64,000 nucleotides of DNA from Macrostomum lignano (taxonomy: Eukaryota). Position numbers and translations under genes: made by a program. The DNA is taken from assembly GCA_002269645.1 (NCBI GenBank), contig NIVC01000347.1:186001-250000 (forward strand), written 5' to 3'. Each line of letters starts with the position of its first letter. Position 1 is the stretch's first letter. Of this stretch, positions 26,835-53,935 are shown piece after piece. The notes beneath the pieces were generated by a model. That model had not been told where the DNA came from and did not search any database. It was given only the letters and a program-made list of their open reading frames with translations.

Positions 26835-26848
26835 GTTTCCATAGCAAC
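26835..26848. promoter_or_regulatory. RFX X-box-like motif upstream of the TASK channel gene
   Basis: GTTTCCATAGCAAC matches GTHNYYATRRNAAC and ends 143 bp before the ATG. Confidence 0.5.
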
Positions 26849-26952
26849 CAAATCTTCTCGGCCTTTATGTTAATTTTTTTAAATTTCTTATTAATTTTTC
26901 CTATTGCCTTTTTTGCAGGTTGACGTTATGATCGTCGAATTTTAATTTCTAA

Positions 26953-42504
<15,552 letters not shown>

Positions 42505-42636
42505 CAGCTCGATCTCTAATCTGTTTTATGATATGACGTCTTTTTTTATAATTTAAGGAATTTTGTGTGCAATTTTTATAGACAGTTTTTTGACTTCATT
42601 TGAAACATGTGACAGGTGTCTTAATTGAGCTAATCA

Positions 42637-42775
42637 TAGACATTCAAATTGGCGCCACTTTTAAAGACATTCAAATTGGCGCCACTTTTAAAGACCTTCA
42701 AATTGGCGCCACTTTTAAAGACATTCAAATTGGCGCCACTGTTAAAGACATTCAAATTAGCGCAACTTGGACTAT
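42637..42775 (+). repeat. 27-bp tandem repeat (GACATTCAAATTGGCGCCACTTTTAAA) in the probable KCNK 3' UTR
   Basis: ~5 units between the stop (42504) and AATAAA (42874-42879). Confidence 0.9.
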
Positions 42776-43679
42776 AACAGACGTTCAAATTCCGAGCCAA
42801 TTGCACGTATTTAAACACCGAAGACTCAAAATATAAATGTCGTGTATTTAGCTAAACGCTGTGAGACACCATTAATAAAGCTGTCCTGTGTACCAGATGG
42901 AATTGCATTGCATTTAGGCCGTACACATATTGACATTGAATTACCCTTCAATTAAATGCACATTAAGCCATGTATTCCATTCAATTCAAAGTGTCTGCTC
43001 TTCAGCTTCTGCAAATAAAATTTATGAATCGTAAAGTTGCATCATGCTACTGTCAGTAGTAAAAAAGTATTAAGCATTAATCGTAACTTTTGCATAAGCT
43101 ATTCGGTCATTTTGAAACCCAAGTCAAAATTAATTTACGATAGCAGGTAATTTTGCTAAGCATTTATTACAGTTACCATGGAGACGAGAGTTTGGCAGAT
43201 CTGAATTTTCCAGAGCCTAAAATTAACATTAGAACAAATTTAGCAGTCATTGAATATTAAGTATTATTTTAACTTGTTTGTTCTGTAAATTTAATATCAC
43301 ATCAATTCGCATCTGTGAAGGAAACTATAATTGATTAATAATAACTATTATTAACGATTCAAATGTAGCCTGTTTGTATTTGGTCTCTTTCAATCTTGTA
43401 AAATATTATTTTGCTTGTAATTAGATTTTAAACATGAAATCCCAATTGATTAATGAGTTTATTAATCATCAAAGGTATAAACTCCTGCTTTGTCTCCCAA
43501 ACCACCTTGTGACCGGTGTTCTGAAAATCAATAATGTTTCTTTAGGGTGCCAAAAATAGCGCCGACTACAGCAATTCTCAAAATAATGGACATGTAGGAA
43601 CTTAGTCGTGTACATATACATGTTGAATTGTTGGCTTTGTCCACCAATCACAAAATCCATGACGACGCCCCTAAATCTG

Positions 43680-44861
43680 ATCAATTAATCAATCATAACG
43701 TAATCAATCAATTAATCATCAGCTTGAGCAATCAATCAATCAATGACAGCATGATCAATCAATAAATCAATTATCAGTTTGATCAATCAATCAATCAATG
43801 AACAATTTTCTCAATCAATCAACCAACAATTAGCTCAATCAATCAATCAATCAATCAATGACAGCATGATCAATCAATAAATCAATTATCAGTTTGATCA
43901 ATCAATCAATCAATGAACAATTTTCTCAATCAATCAACCAACAATTAGCTCAATCAATCAATCAATCAATCAATGACAGCATGATCAATCAATAAATCAA
44001 TCATCAGTTTGATCAATCAATCAATCAATGAACAATTTTCTCAATCAATCAACCAACAATTAGCTCAATCAATCAATCAATCAATCAATGACAGCATGAT
44101 CAATCAATAAATCAATCATCAGTTTGATCAATCAATCAATCAATGAACAATTTTCTCAATCAATCAACCAACAATTAGCTCAATCAATCAATCAATCAAT
44201 CAATGACAGCATGATCAATCAATAAATCAATTATCAGTTTGATCAATCAATCAATCAATGAACAATTTTCTCAATCAATCAACCAACAATTAGCTCAATC
44301 AATCAATCAATCAATCAATGACAGCATGATCAATCAATAAATCAATCATCAGTTTGATCAATCAATCAATCAATGAACAATTTTCTCAATCAATCAACCA
44401 ACAATTAGCTCAATCAATCAATCAATCAATCAATGACAGCATGATCAATCAATAAATCAATCATCAGTTTGATCAATCAATCAATCAATGAACAATTTTC
44501 TCAATCAATCAACCAACAATTAGCTCAATCAATCAATCAATCAATCAATGACAGCATGATCAATTATCAGTTTGATCAATCAATCAATCAATGAACAATT
44601 TTCTCAATCAATAAACCAACAATTAACTCAATCAATCAATCAATCAATCAATCAATGACAGCATGATCAATCAATCAATCAATCATCAGTTTGATCAATT
44701 AATCAATCAATGAACAATTTTCTCAATCAATCAACCAACAATTTGCTCAATCAATCAATCAATCAATCAATGACAGCATGATCAATCAATCAATCAATCA
44801 TCAGTTTGATCAATCAATCAATCAATGAACAATTTTCTCAATCAATCAACCAACAATTTGC

Positions 44862-44893
<32 letters not shown>

Positions 44894-45020
44894 CCAACAA
44901 TTTGCTCAATCAATCAATCAATCAATCAATGACAGCATGATCAATCAATCAATCAATCATCAGTTTGATCAATCAATCAATCAATGAACAATTTTCTCAA
45001 TCAATCAACCAACAATTTGC

Positions 45021-45060
<40 letters not shown>

Positions 45061-45068
45061 CAATTTGC

Positions 45069-45104
<36 letters not shown>

Positions 45105-45480
45105 CAATTTGCTCAATCAATCAATCAATCAACCAACAATTTGCTTAATCAATCAGTCAGTCAATCAATATCAGTTTGATCAATCAATGACAACGTGATC
45201 AATCAATCAATCAATCATCAGTTTGATCAATCAATCAATATCAGTTTGATCAATCAATGACAACGTGATCAATCAATCAATCAATCATCAGTTTGATCAA
45301 TCAATCAATATCAGTCTGATCAATCAATGACAACGTGATCAATCAATCAATCAATCATCAGTTTGATCAATCAATCAATCATCAGTTTGATAAAAAATCA
45401 ATCAAAGTTTCACCAATCAATTGATCATTTGTTCGATGAATCAATAATTTGCTCAATCAATAAATCAATCAATCAACAAT
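43680..45480 (+). repeat. (TCAA)n-based satellite with a 115-bp higher-order unit
   Basis: ATGACAGCATG marker recurs at 43743, 43858, 43973, 44088 and onward. Confidence 0.93.
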
Positions 45481-46764
45481 CAATGATCAGCAGAAAGAAT
45501 CAACTAGATAATAAATGCACAATTTATAAAAAATGAACTGCAAAATCCAAAAGCGGGTGAGACAAAACTGCAACGATTTGCTGTCAGTAATAAACTTTCT
45601 AAATGTGAAACTTGCTATACACAGAAACAAACTATAAAAAATGGCATAAATTCTTACAAAGTAAGATTATATTTATAAAATAATGTATGAAGCTTGATAT
45701 TTCATATATAATATTAGTGTACGCTTATAATTAAAACCACAATGAAGACACACACTTTACATTACATATTACACATTACACATTACATAAGTTTACATTA
45801 GTAAAAAACACTGCACATGAATAACGATATTGAACTTATGTGAGAGAGTTTGATCCCGAAAATGACACAAGTTTTTTAAATTAAATATTTATAGTAGAAA
45901 CAAATAAATTCTGAATATTTTCAACTTCTAATAATATAATTATTGAAGATAAATGTTACAATATAGACCTCATAAAATTGGCAATAAACTAAATGAGGAT
46001 TTTATATTGATTTTAGGTCTGAAATAAATAATAAATCATGTACTAAAATTATAGAATAATACAAAATTTTATTAGTTCAACCCTGACTGCGTACAGCAAA
46101 AATTTAATAATATTACTTTTAAACACTACTAGTATGAGTAATATGACTAGCGTTTTACTGCAAAATTATATTGTATCATTTAGCAGGGCAGCATTTCAAC
46201 AGGGCAGGATATGACGAAATGAAACAGTTAGCCAATACCCTTACTAAACAGTAGTAGGCACAAATAAAAAAACACATACGAAAGGAAATTAAAAGCAAAG
46301 AAAAACAGTAAAAAACAAACACATACACAAGATGTAGCTGGATTAGCCAGAGGCATATCAATTAAACATGACACAGTTTTAATGACGCAGATATTAACAA
46401 GCAAAATATCACAATAGGCTGCGTTAAGCATAATTTCATCATAGTTTATTACTCATCTCATCTAAGTAGCAACCATTGACAATTAATTAATTGCTAGACT
46501 TTAACAAGCTTCAATTTTAATGCCATCGAAATATGCGATATAACTGTTCCAATAGCATATGAGGTCGCTCTGTGTTACAACTAACTAACTGTGTTTTTAG
46601 GCAAAGATATTTTAAAAGATGGCACAAAACAGCAATAAAACTTTATGGCCAGCATTTCTATACACTTGTAGTAAGCATTTATATCTCAATATAATGGATG
46701 AGAAAAAGCAAATTGAGTAAAATGTCTGCTGCGTGAGTGGCGCCAATTGCATGGCAGGAAACAC

Positions 46765-47785
46765 ACTGAGGATCTGGGAGGCTGGCCCAGCAACTGAGGA
46801 TCTGGGAGGCTGGCCCAGCAACTGAGGATTTGGGAGGCTGGCCCAGCAACTGAGGATCTGGGAGGCTGGCCCAGCAACTGAGGATCTGGGAGGCTGGCTC
46901 AGCAACTGAGGATCTGGGAGGCTGGCTCAGCAACTGAGGATCTGGGAGGCTGGCCCAGCAACTGAAGATCTGGGAGGCTGGCCCAGCAACTGAGAATCTG
47001 GGAGGCTGGCCCAGCAACTGAGGATCTGGGAGGCTGGCTCAGCAACTGAGGATCTGGGAGGCTGGCTCAGCAACTGAGGATCTGGGAGGCTGGCTCAGCA
47101 ACTGAGGATCTGGGAGGCTGGCCCAGCAACTGAGAATCTGGGAGGCTGGCCCAGCAACTGAGAATCTGGGAGGCTGGCCCAGCAACTGAGAATCTGGGAG
47201 GCTGGCCCAGCAACTGAGGATCTGGGAGGCTGGCCCAGCAACTGAGGATCTGGGAGGCTGGCCTAGCAACTGAGGATCTGGGAGGCTGGCCCAGCAACTG
47301 AGGATCTGGGAGGCTGGCCCAGCAACTGAGGATCTGGGAGGCTGGCTCAGCAACTGAGGATCTGGGAGGCTGGCTCAGCAACTGAGGATCTGGGAGGCTG
47401 GCTCAGCAACTGAGGATCTGGGAGGCTGGCCCAGCAACTGAGGATCTGGGAGGCTGGCTCAGCAACTGAGGATTTGGGAGGCTGGCCCAGCAACTGAGGA
47501 TCTGGGAGGCTGGCCCAGCAACTGAGGATCTGGGAGGCTGGCCCAGCAACTGAGGATCTGGGAGGCTGGCTCAGCAACTGAGGATCTGGGAGGCTGGCCC
47601 AGCAACTGAGGATCTGGGAGGCTGGCCCAGCAACTGAGGATCTGGGAGGCTGGCCCAGCAACTGAGGATCTGGGAGGCTGGCCCAGCAACTGAAGATCTG
47701 GGAGGCTGGCCCAGCAACTGAGGATCTGGGAGGCTGGCTCAGCAACTGAGGATCTGGGAGGCTGGCACAGCAATTGAGGATCTGG
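46765..47785 (-). repeat. 28-bp minisatellite, array 4, directly downstream of the ATF2-like stop
   Basis: Same unit as arrays 1-3, ~36 copies. Confidence 0.95.
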
Positions 47786-47830
47786 GGTCGTCCTCCATCA
47801 GTCCCTGCAACAGCCAGCCAGTCCAATAAA

Positions 47831-50800
47831 TCACTCAGACAGGACATCATCATCCTCATCAACTGGGTGTCCGGCGTTGGACAGAACGAAGTGGCCGGCA
47901 ACGTTGGCGGATCCGTGAAACGGTTGGACGTCCATCAGGGAGATGCCGTGGCCGCCGACTCCTCCTGTGTTGAGCACTATGGAGGTTGGCGCGGTTGACA
48001 CGGTAGGCAGCACATTGCTGCCACCAGAAGCGGTGGAGGCTGCTGCAGCGGCCGCTGCTAGCAGGGCCTCCACCCCGGGCTGCTGGCTGCACGATCTGTG
48101 CTGCAGGAGCGCCTGACGGAGTGCCTGCCGGTAGCATGGTTCAGTGATCTGGTAGCTACGGGTTCATGGATCTGGTGGCTAAAGGAATCAAGGATCTGGT
48201 AGCTAAAGGAATCAAGGATCTGGTAGCTAAAGGAATCAAGGATCTGGCAGCTAAAGGAATCAAGGATCTGGTAGCTAAAGGAATCAAGGATCTGGTAGCT
48301 AAAGGAACCAAGGATCTGGCAGCTAAAGGAATCAAGGATCTGGTAGCTAAAGGAATCAAGGATCTGGCAGCTAAAGGAATCAAGGATCTGGCAGCTAAAG
48401 GAATCAAGGATCCGGCAGCTAAAGGAATCAAGGATCTGGTAGCTAAAGGAATCAAGGATCTGGTAGCTAAAGGAATCAAGTATCTGGCAGCTAAAGGAAT
48501 CAAGGATCTGGTAGCTAAAGGAATCAAGGATCTGGTAGATAAAAGAATCAAGGATCTGGCAGCTAAAGGAATCAAGGATCTGGTAGCTAAAGGAATCAAG
48601 GATCTGGCAGCTAAAGGAATCAAGGATCTGGCAGCTAAAGGAACCAAGGATCTGGCAGCTAAAGGAACCAAGGATCTGGCAGCTAAAGGAATCAAGGATC
48701 TGGCAGCTAAAGGAATCAAGGATCTGGTAGCTAAAGGAATCAAGGATCTGGTAGCTAAAGGAATCAAGGATCTGGCAGCTAAAGGAATCAAGGATCTGGT
48801 AGCTAAAGGAACCAAGGATCTGGCAGCTAAAGGAATCAAGGATCTGGTAGCTAAAGGAATCAAGGATCTGGTAGCTAAAGGAACCAAGGATCTGGAAGCT
48901 AAAGGAATCAAGGATCTGGCAGCTAAAGGAATCAAGGATCTGGCAGCTAAAGGAACCAAGGATCTGGCAGCTAAAGGAATCAAGGATCTGGTAGCTAAAG
49001 GAACCAAGGATCTGGCAGCTAAAGGAATCAAGGATCTGGCAGCTAAAGGAATCAAGGATCTGGCAGCTAAAGGAATCAAGGATCTGGTAGCTAAAGGAAC
49101 CAAGGATCTGGCAGCTAAAGGAACCAAGGATCTGGCAGCTAAAGGAATCAAGGATCTGGCAGCTAAAGGAATCAAGGATCTGGTAGCTAAAGGAACCAAG
49201 GATCTGGCAGCTAACTCACCTGGCTCTCATTTCGAACCCGCCTCAGCTCCTCAGCCAGCCGCCGCTTGTCATTCTCCAGCTCCTGGTTGCGAGCCTCCAG
49301 CTCTTCGATGTGCTTCTTTCGCTTCTCCCGGCACCTCGCTGCAGCCGCCCGGTTCCTCTCCAGCAGAAGTTTGCGTCGTTCGTCGTTGGACCCGCTGACT
49401 CCGCCGCCGCCGCCACCAATACTGCTGCCTCCTCCGGTGTCAGACAGAGACGAAGTGGTTGACTCGGCTGGCCGCTTCATGCTGACGTGCCCGACACCGG
49501 AGGCTGGGGCGGCGGCGGCGGTGAGACCGCCACGCATTCGATCGATCTCATCTGCTGGCAAATTGCTCATCACTTTTTTCCGCAGATTCTCCATCACCTC
49601 AGCTTTGCCTGGTTCCTGTTTCACTTGATGCTGCTGCTGCTGCTGAGATGATGTCGAAGCTGACGCAGCAGCGGTAAGAGTGGAACTGGCTGCTAGCTGG
49701 GTCAGCAAGTTGCTGTTTGCCGCTGCAGCAGCTGCTGATGTCACAGACGAAGTAGCAGATGCGGTCGTACTGGTTGAGGATGTTGAGTTGGGTTGTACCA
49801 GGAAGCTCTTGCCGCCGGGAAGGGTGACCAGGAATGACTGCTGAGCCTGGTTGGCCATCTGCTGCACCTGGGTGTTTGGGATACGAGGAGTCTGATATGA
49901 TCTGAGTAGGGTGAGCATCAATCTGAATCAGATCTGAGTAGGGTGAGCATCAATCTGAGTCAGAACTGAATAGGGTGAGCATCAATCAGAGTCAGATCTG
50001 AGTAGGGTGAGCATCAATCAGAGTCAGATCTGAGTAGGGTGAGCATCAATCAGAGTCAGATCTGAGTAGGGTGAGCATCAATCAGAGTCAGAACTGAGTA
50101 GGGTGAGCATCAATCAGAGTCAGATCTGAGTAGGGTGAGCATCAATCAGAGTCAGATCTGAGTAGGGTGAGCATCAATCAGAGTCAGATCTGAGTAGGGT
50201 GAGCATCAATCAGAGTCAGAACTGAGTAGGGTGAGCATCAATCAGAGTCAGATCTGAGTAGGGTGAGCATCAATCAGAGTCAGATCTGAGTAGGGTGAGC
50301 ATCAATCAGAGTCAGAACTGAGTAGGGTGAGCATCAATCAGAGTCAGAACTGAGTAGGGTGAGCATCAATCAGAGTCAGAACTGAGTAGGGTGAGCATCA
50401 ATCAGAGTCAGAACTGAGTAGGGTGAGCATCAATCAGAGTCAGATCTGAGTAGGGTGAGCATCAATCTGAGTCAGATCTGAGTAGGGTGAGCATCAATCA
50501 GAGTCAGAACTGAGTAGGGTGAGCATCAATCAGAGTCAGAACTGAGGTGAACTCACTTGAAGAATCTGCTGCTGCAGTTGGTACTGAAGTGCTTGACTTT
50601 GCAACATCTCGGAGGGACCCGGCTTTTGTTGCTGTTCAATTTGCTGCGGTTGCTGCTGCTGCTGTAGAAGTTGCTGCTCCTGCTGCTGCTGCTGCTGCTG
50701 CAATAGCAATTTCTGCTGAGCAATATAATTAGCTCCAGATTTAATATCTACTAAAGAACCGCGAAGAGCTCTGCTTGAGGCGGCCGGTTGCTGGGTAGCA

Positions 50801-51477
50801 ACAGTCGGTCTGAGCACAGTTGATAAAGATGCAGCCGCAGAAGCTGTGGCGGCGGTGGCTGCAACGGAACTGGAGGTGATGGTGTTGGCCAGCAGCTGCA
50901 GTCCGGGCACCTCGCTAGGACCAGACGAAGCCACGTCCAATCTTGGCATCTTTGTCGGCGACAGATCCAACGGGGTACTTCTACTAGCCGATGACAGGAC
51001 CTCCTTGATCATGGGGGTGCTGATTTTGGCATTGAGGATATCTGGCGTGGGAACAGACTCTATCCAGGAGGCGGAGTTAGCCGCAGCAGACGCTGCTGCC
51101 GCTGATGAAGAGGCTGTCGGCTGCTGGTGCTTCTGCAGGTTAAACTGCTTGAACGAAGCCTCAAACGGGTTGGTGCTGCCCCCGCCGTTGCCTCCGTTCG
51201 ATGGTACGGCAGAAAGATTCAATAAGCCGGTGAGGCCCATGGAACCGGTGTCCAGGGTGACCACAGGTGATAGGGAAATCACCGGCGTGTCCAGAACTTT
51301 ACCCCGAAGCTCCTTCATTGGCGACGGAGTGTCCAGCGACACGGTGGCGGTGGCTTCGGGTTTGGTGTAAAGCGGCAGTGTGGAGTGCACCTTCAATCGG
51401 TGCTGAGTCAACTCCATATTGGAGCTGAAAGATTTGCCGCAGGTTTCACAGGCTAAACCAGCAGATTTGGAAGCCAT
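47831..51477 (-). CDS. ATF2: ATF2/ATF7/CREB5-like transcription factor (N-terminal C2H2 finger, C-terminal bZIP), 628 aa; complement(join(47831..48124,49220..49891,50557..51477))
   Basis: CETCGKSF..HRLKVH finger, DTPSP phospho-motif, NPFEASFK, basic region ERRKLLLERNRAAAARCREKRK. The zipper continues across a phase-0 intron as RNESQ|ALRQALLQHRSC (cf. ATF2 HKDC). Both donors are GTGAGT. Confidence 0.9.
48145..49213 (+). repeat. 24-bp minisatellite (GATCTGGYAGCTAAAGGAAYCAAG) filling ATF2-like intron 2
   Basis: ~44 units covering nearly all of intron 48125-49219. Confidence 0.96.
49901..50545 (+). repeat. 32-bp minisatellite (CTGAGTAGGGTGAGCATCAATCAGAGTCAGAT) filling ATF2-like intron 1
   Basis: 20 units covering nearly all of intron 49892-50556. 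Confidence 0.96.
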
Positions 51478-52012
51478 AAAATATTTGTTTCCCAGTTAAA
51501 TTATTTTATTGAGATTGCACTACTAACAGTAGCTCTGCTGCCTATACAGTGATAAATGGGGTCTAACTCATACCAAATGAACCCATGGCACATTCATTTG
51601 GGGGCTTGCTTGTCTAAAAAATTCACCAATATTTTCTAATGCTTATATATGGAAGCATACCCTCTTCATTAGAAATTTCACAAGTAAATTTATACAAGAA
51701 ATAATATTTGTTTTAGGTTGCAAAAGAATTCAATGTCTATTTTTATTTTAAATACACCTAAAAATTTTAGTACAAATTGTAACTAAATTATAAGAAAAAA
51801 TAATTTGTTTTTTTACATTAAGTTCTTAGAATTGTAAATATTAGGTAATGTCAAGGACTGGATACTATTAGGATACTGCCAGAATAATACTAAGATGCTA
51901 CCATAAATATACTAAGACATTAACTAACAAAATAGAATTTAAACAGCCCAATGACAACCTTGATGGTAATATTAGGATTTTTCAAGAGGAAAGATCAAAC
52001 AGCACTATAATA

Positions 52013-53345
52013 CGAAGGCTGAGCAATAAGTTTCCGGATGTGCCCAGACAGAAATAGTTAGAGAGAAAAAAGCAGTAACAGCTTTTTAAAGTACTCTCCA
52101 GCAGATTTGATGCAAATTTTCATGTGCTCAAACCACTTGCTAAAGCAGCTGGACCAATCTGAAGCAGGCACCTCCTCCACATGCTGGATGAAGGCCTCCA
52201 CTGCAGCTTCTGGTGATCCATAGTGGATTCCTCGCATCCTGCGCTTGATTTGTGGAAACACAAAAAAGTTGCAGGGGGCCCGGTTGGGGCTGTAGGGTGG
52301 ATGACCGAGCTCTTGAATGTGCTCTCCGGCCAGGAACTCCGCCACCTGTCGAGCCTTGTGGACCGGGGCATTGTTGTGATGGAGAAGGATGCCCTAAGCT
52401 TGAGTCCTTGGGCGACGCCTGGAGAGAGCGCTCAGCACTTCTGGCAGGCAAACGTTGGTGTACTAGTCACCAGTGACTGTGCGCTGCTGCACAAGTGGAA
52501 CCGTGGCCAGATGACCGGTTTTTGCCACAAAAATGCCACCATCTGCTTTGCCACACTGTGCTTTCGCTGAAGCTGGGATGGTGGGGTGCCACCAACTGGA
52601 GTCCACTGGGCCGACTGCTGCTTAGTCACCGGGTCGAAACTATAGATCCAGGACTTGTCACTACTGACAATATCCCAGACCAAGTTTGAGCTGTTTCTGT
52701 TGAATCTGTCAAGCATGGTGCGGCACCAGGTCACCCGAGCCTCCTTCTGCTCTGGAGTCAGCTAAGGCACACAGCATGCAGAAATCTTGCTCAGGTTGAA
52801 CTGTGAATGCAGGATCATCCTGATGGATCCTGATGAAATACCCAACTCTGCCTCTATCTAGGCCACAGTCACTCGGGCATACATGCGCAACAGTCGCCAA
52901 GTCAGCCGATCCGGCCTACCGATTTGGCAGCCAACCAAGGAAGTCGCAAAAATGCCCACCCAAAAAATACCCAGGTAGTAGTACTAAGTACATGGTACAT
53001 GGTACTAAGTACAAGAGGCATTTTGACTTAATAAGACAGTCATAGTTACTCCTGCCGTATAACTAAAGTAGTGTTAATTTTGCTTTACACTATTTACACT
53101 AGGTTTTTTTTTACATGTAAGTCGCATTTTTGGCCAAAAACTATGTCACATTTTGTTAAAACTAAGTCGCATGGCTGACTGAATTTTGGAGGTTGCGCAT
53201 GTATGCACTCGGGCATCATCCTCAACCATGGCCCAGATAGTAGCAACATTATTCCTTCATTCCTTGATGAAGTCCTTATCCAAAAAAGGCTTCATCTGGC
53301 AAGCTAGTAGATGGGAGACCTTGTAGCTTGCATAAGTCACCTTGT
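52013..53345 (-). mobile_element. Decayed mariner transposon, interrupted by a MITE
   Basis: TA followed by TIR CGAAGGCTGAGCAATAAGTTTCCGGA at 52011-52038. Motifs EDDARVT..ELGISSGSI, decayed WVPREL (CCVP*L), IVSSDKSW, HHNNAP, HPPYSPNRAPCNF. Contains stops and frameshifts. The second TIR was not found. Confidence 0.9.
52878..53205. mobile_element. hAT-type MITE (328 bp) inserted in the mariner ORF
   Basis: 14-bp TIR CATACATGCGCAAC/GTTGCGCATGTATG. 8-bp TSD CACTCGGG at 52870-52877 and 53206-53213. Confidence 0.88.
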
Positions 53346-53639
53346 TAGCCTTAGTGGTCTGCTTGTGGCATGCCAACATCAATCAATTTGAGGACATTTG
53401 AGCTTTGTGGCTGTGACTTCTATTCATATTATTGTGATTTGGTTTTGATTTCTATATAGTTTGGCATAGTTTTTTATGCAGCCATATTTTTAATTGCATT
53501 TTTCATGCTTTATAGGATTTTGTGTCTGTGAGCTGCAATGCACAAGTTATACCTCAGCAACTAGCTAACAATGTTTAGCAACTAGCAAATGAATATATAG
53601 CAAACTGGTAAGATTGCAATATATATAACCAATGCTAAT

Positions 53640-53935
53640 CATACATGCACAACAGTCGGCCGAGTCGGCCAATCCGGCCGATTGATTTGGCAACCAATCA
53701 AGGAAGTCGCAAAAATGCCCACTCAAAAAACACCCTAGTAGTAGTACTAAGTAGCTGACGAAGCATTTTGGCTTAATAAGAGAGTCATAGTTACTCCTGC
53801 CATTTACCCAAACTTGCGTTAATTTTGCTTTACGGTTTTTTTACATGCAAGTCGCATTTTTGGCCAAAAACTATGTCGCATTTTTTTAAAACTAAGTTGC
53901 ACGGCCAACCGAATTTTGGAGGTTGCGCATGTATG
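53640..53935. mobile_element. Second copy of the same hAT-type MITE (296 bp)
   Basis: Same TIRs (one mismatch) and homologous interior. 8-bp TSD ATGCTAAT at 53632-53639 and 53936-53943. Confidence 0.88.

Noticed and set aside
48166-49398. 410-aa DLVAKGIK repeat protein
   Set aside because: It is the antisense translation of the 24-bp array filling ATF2-like intron 2.
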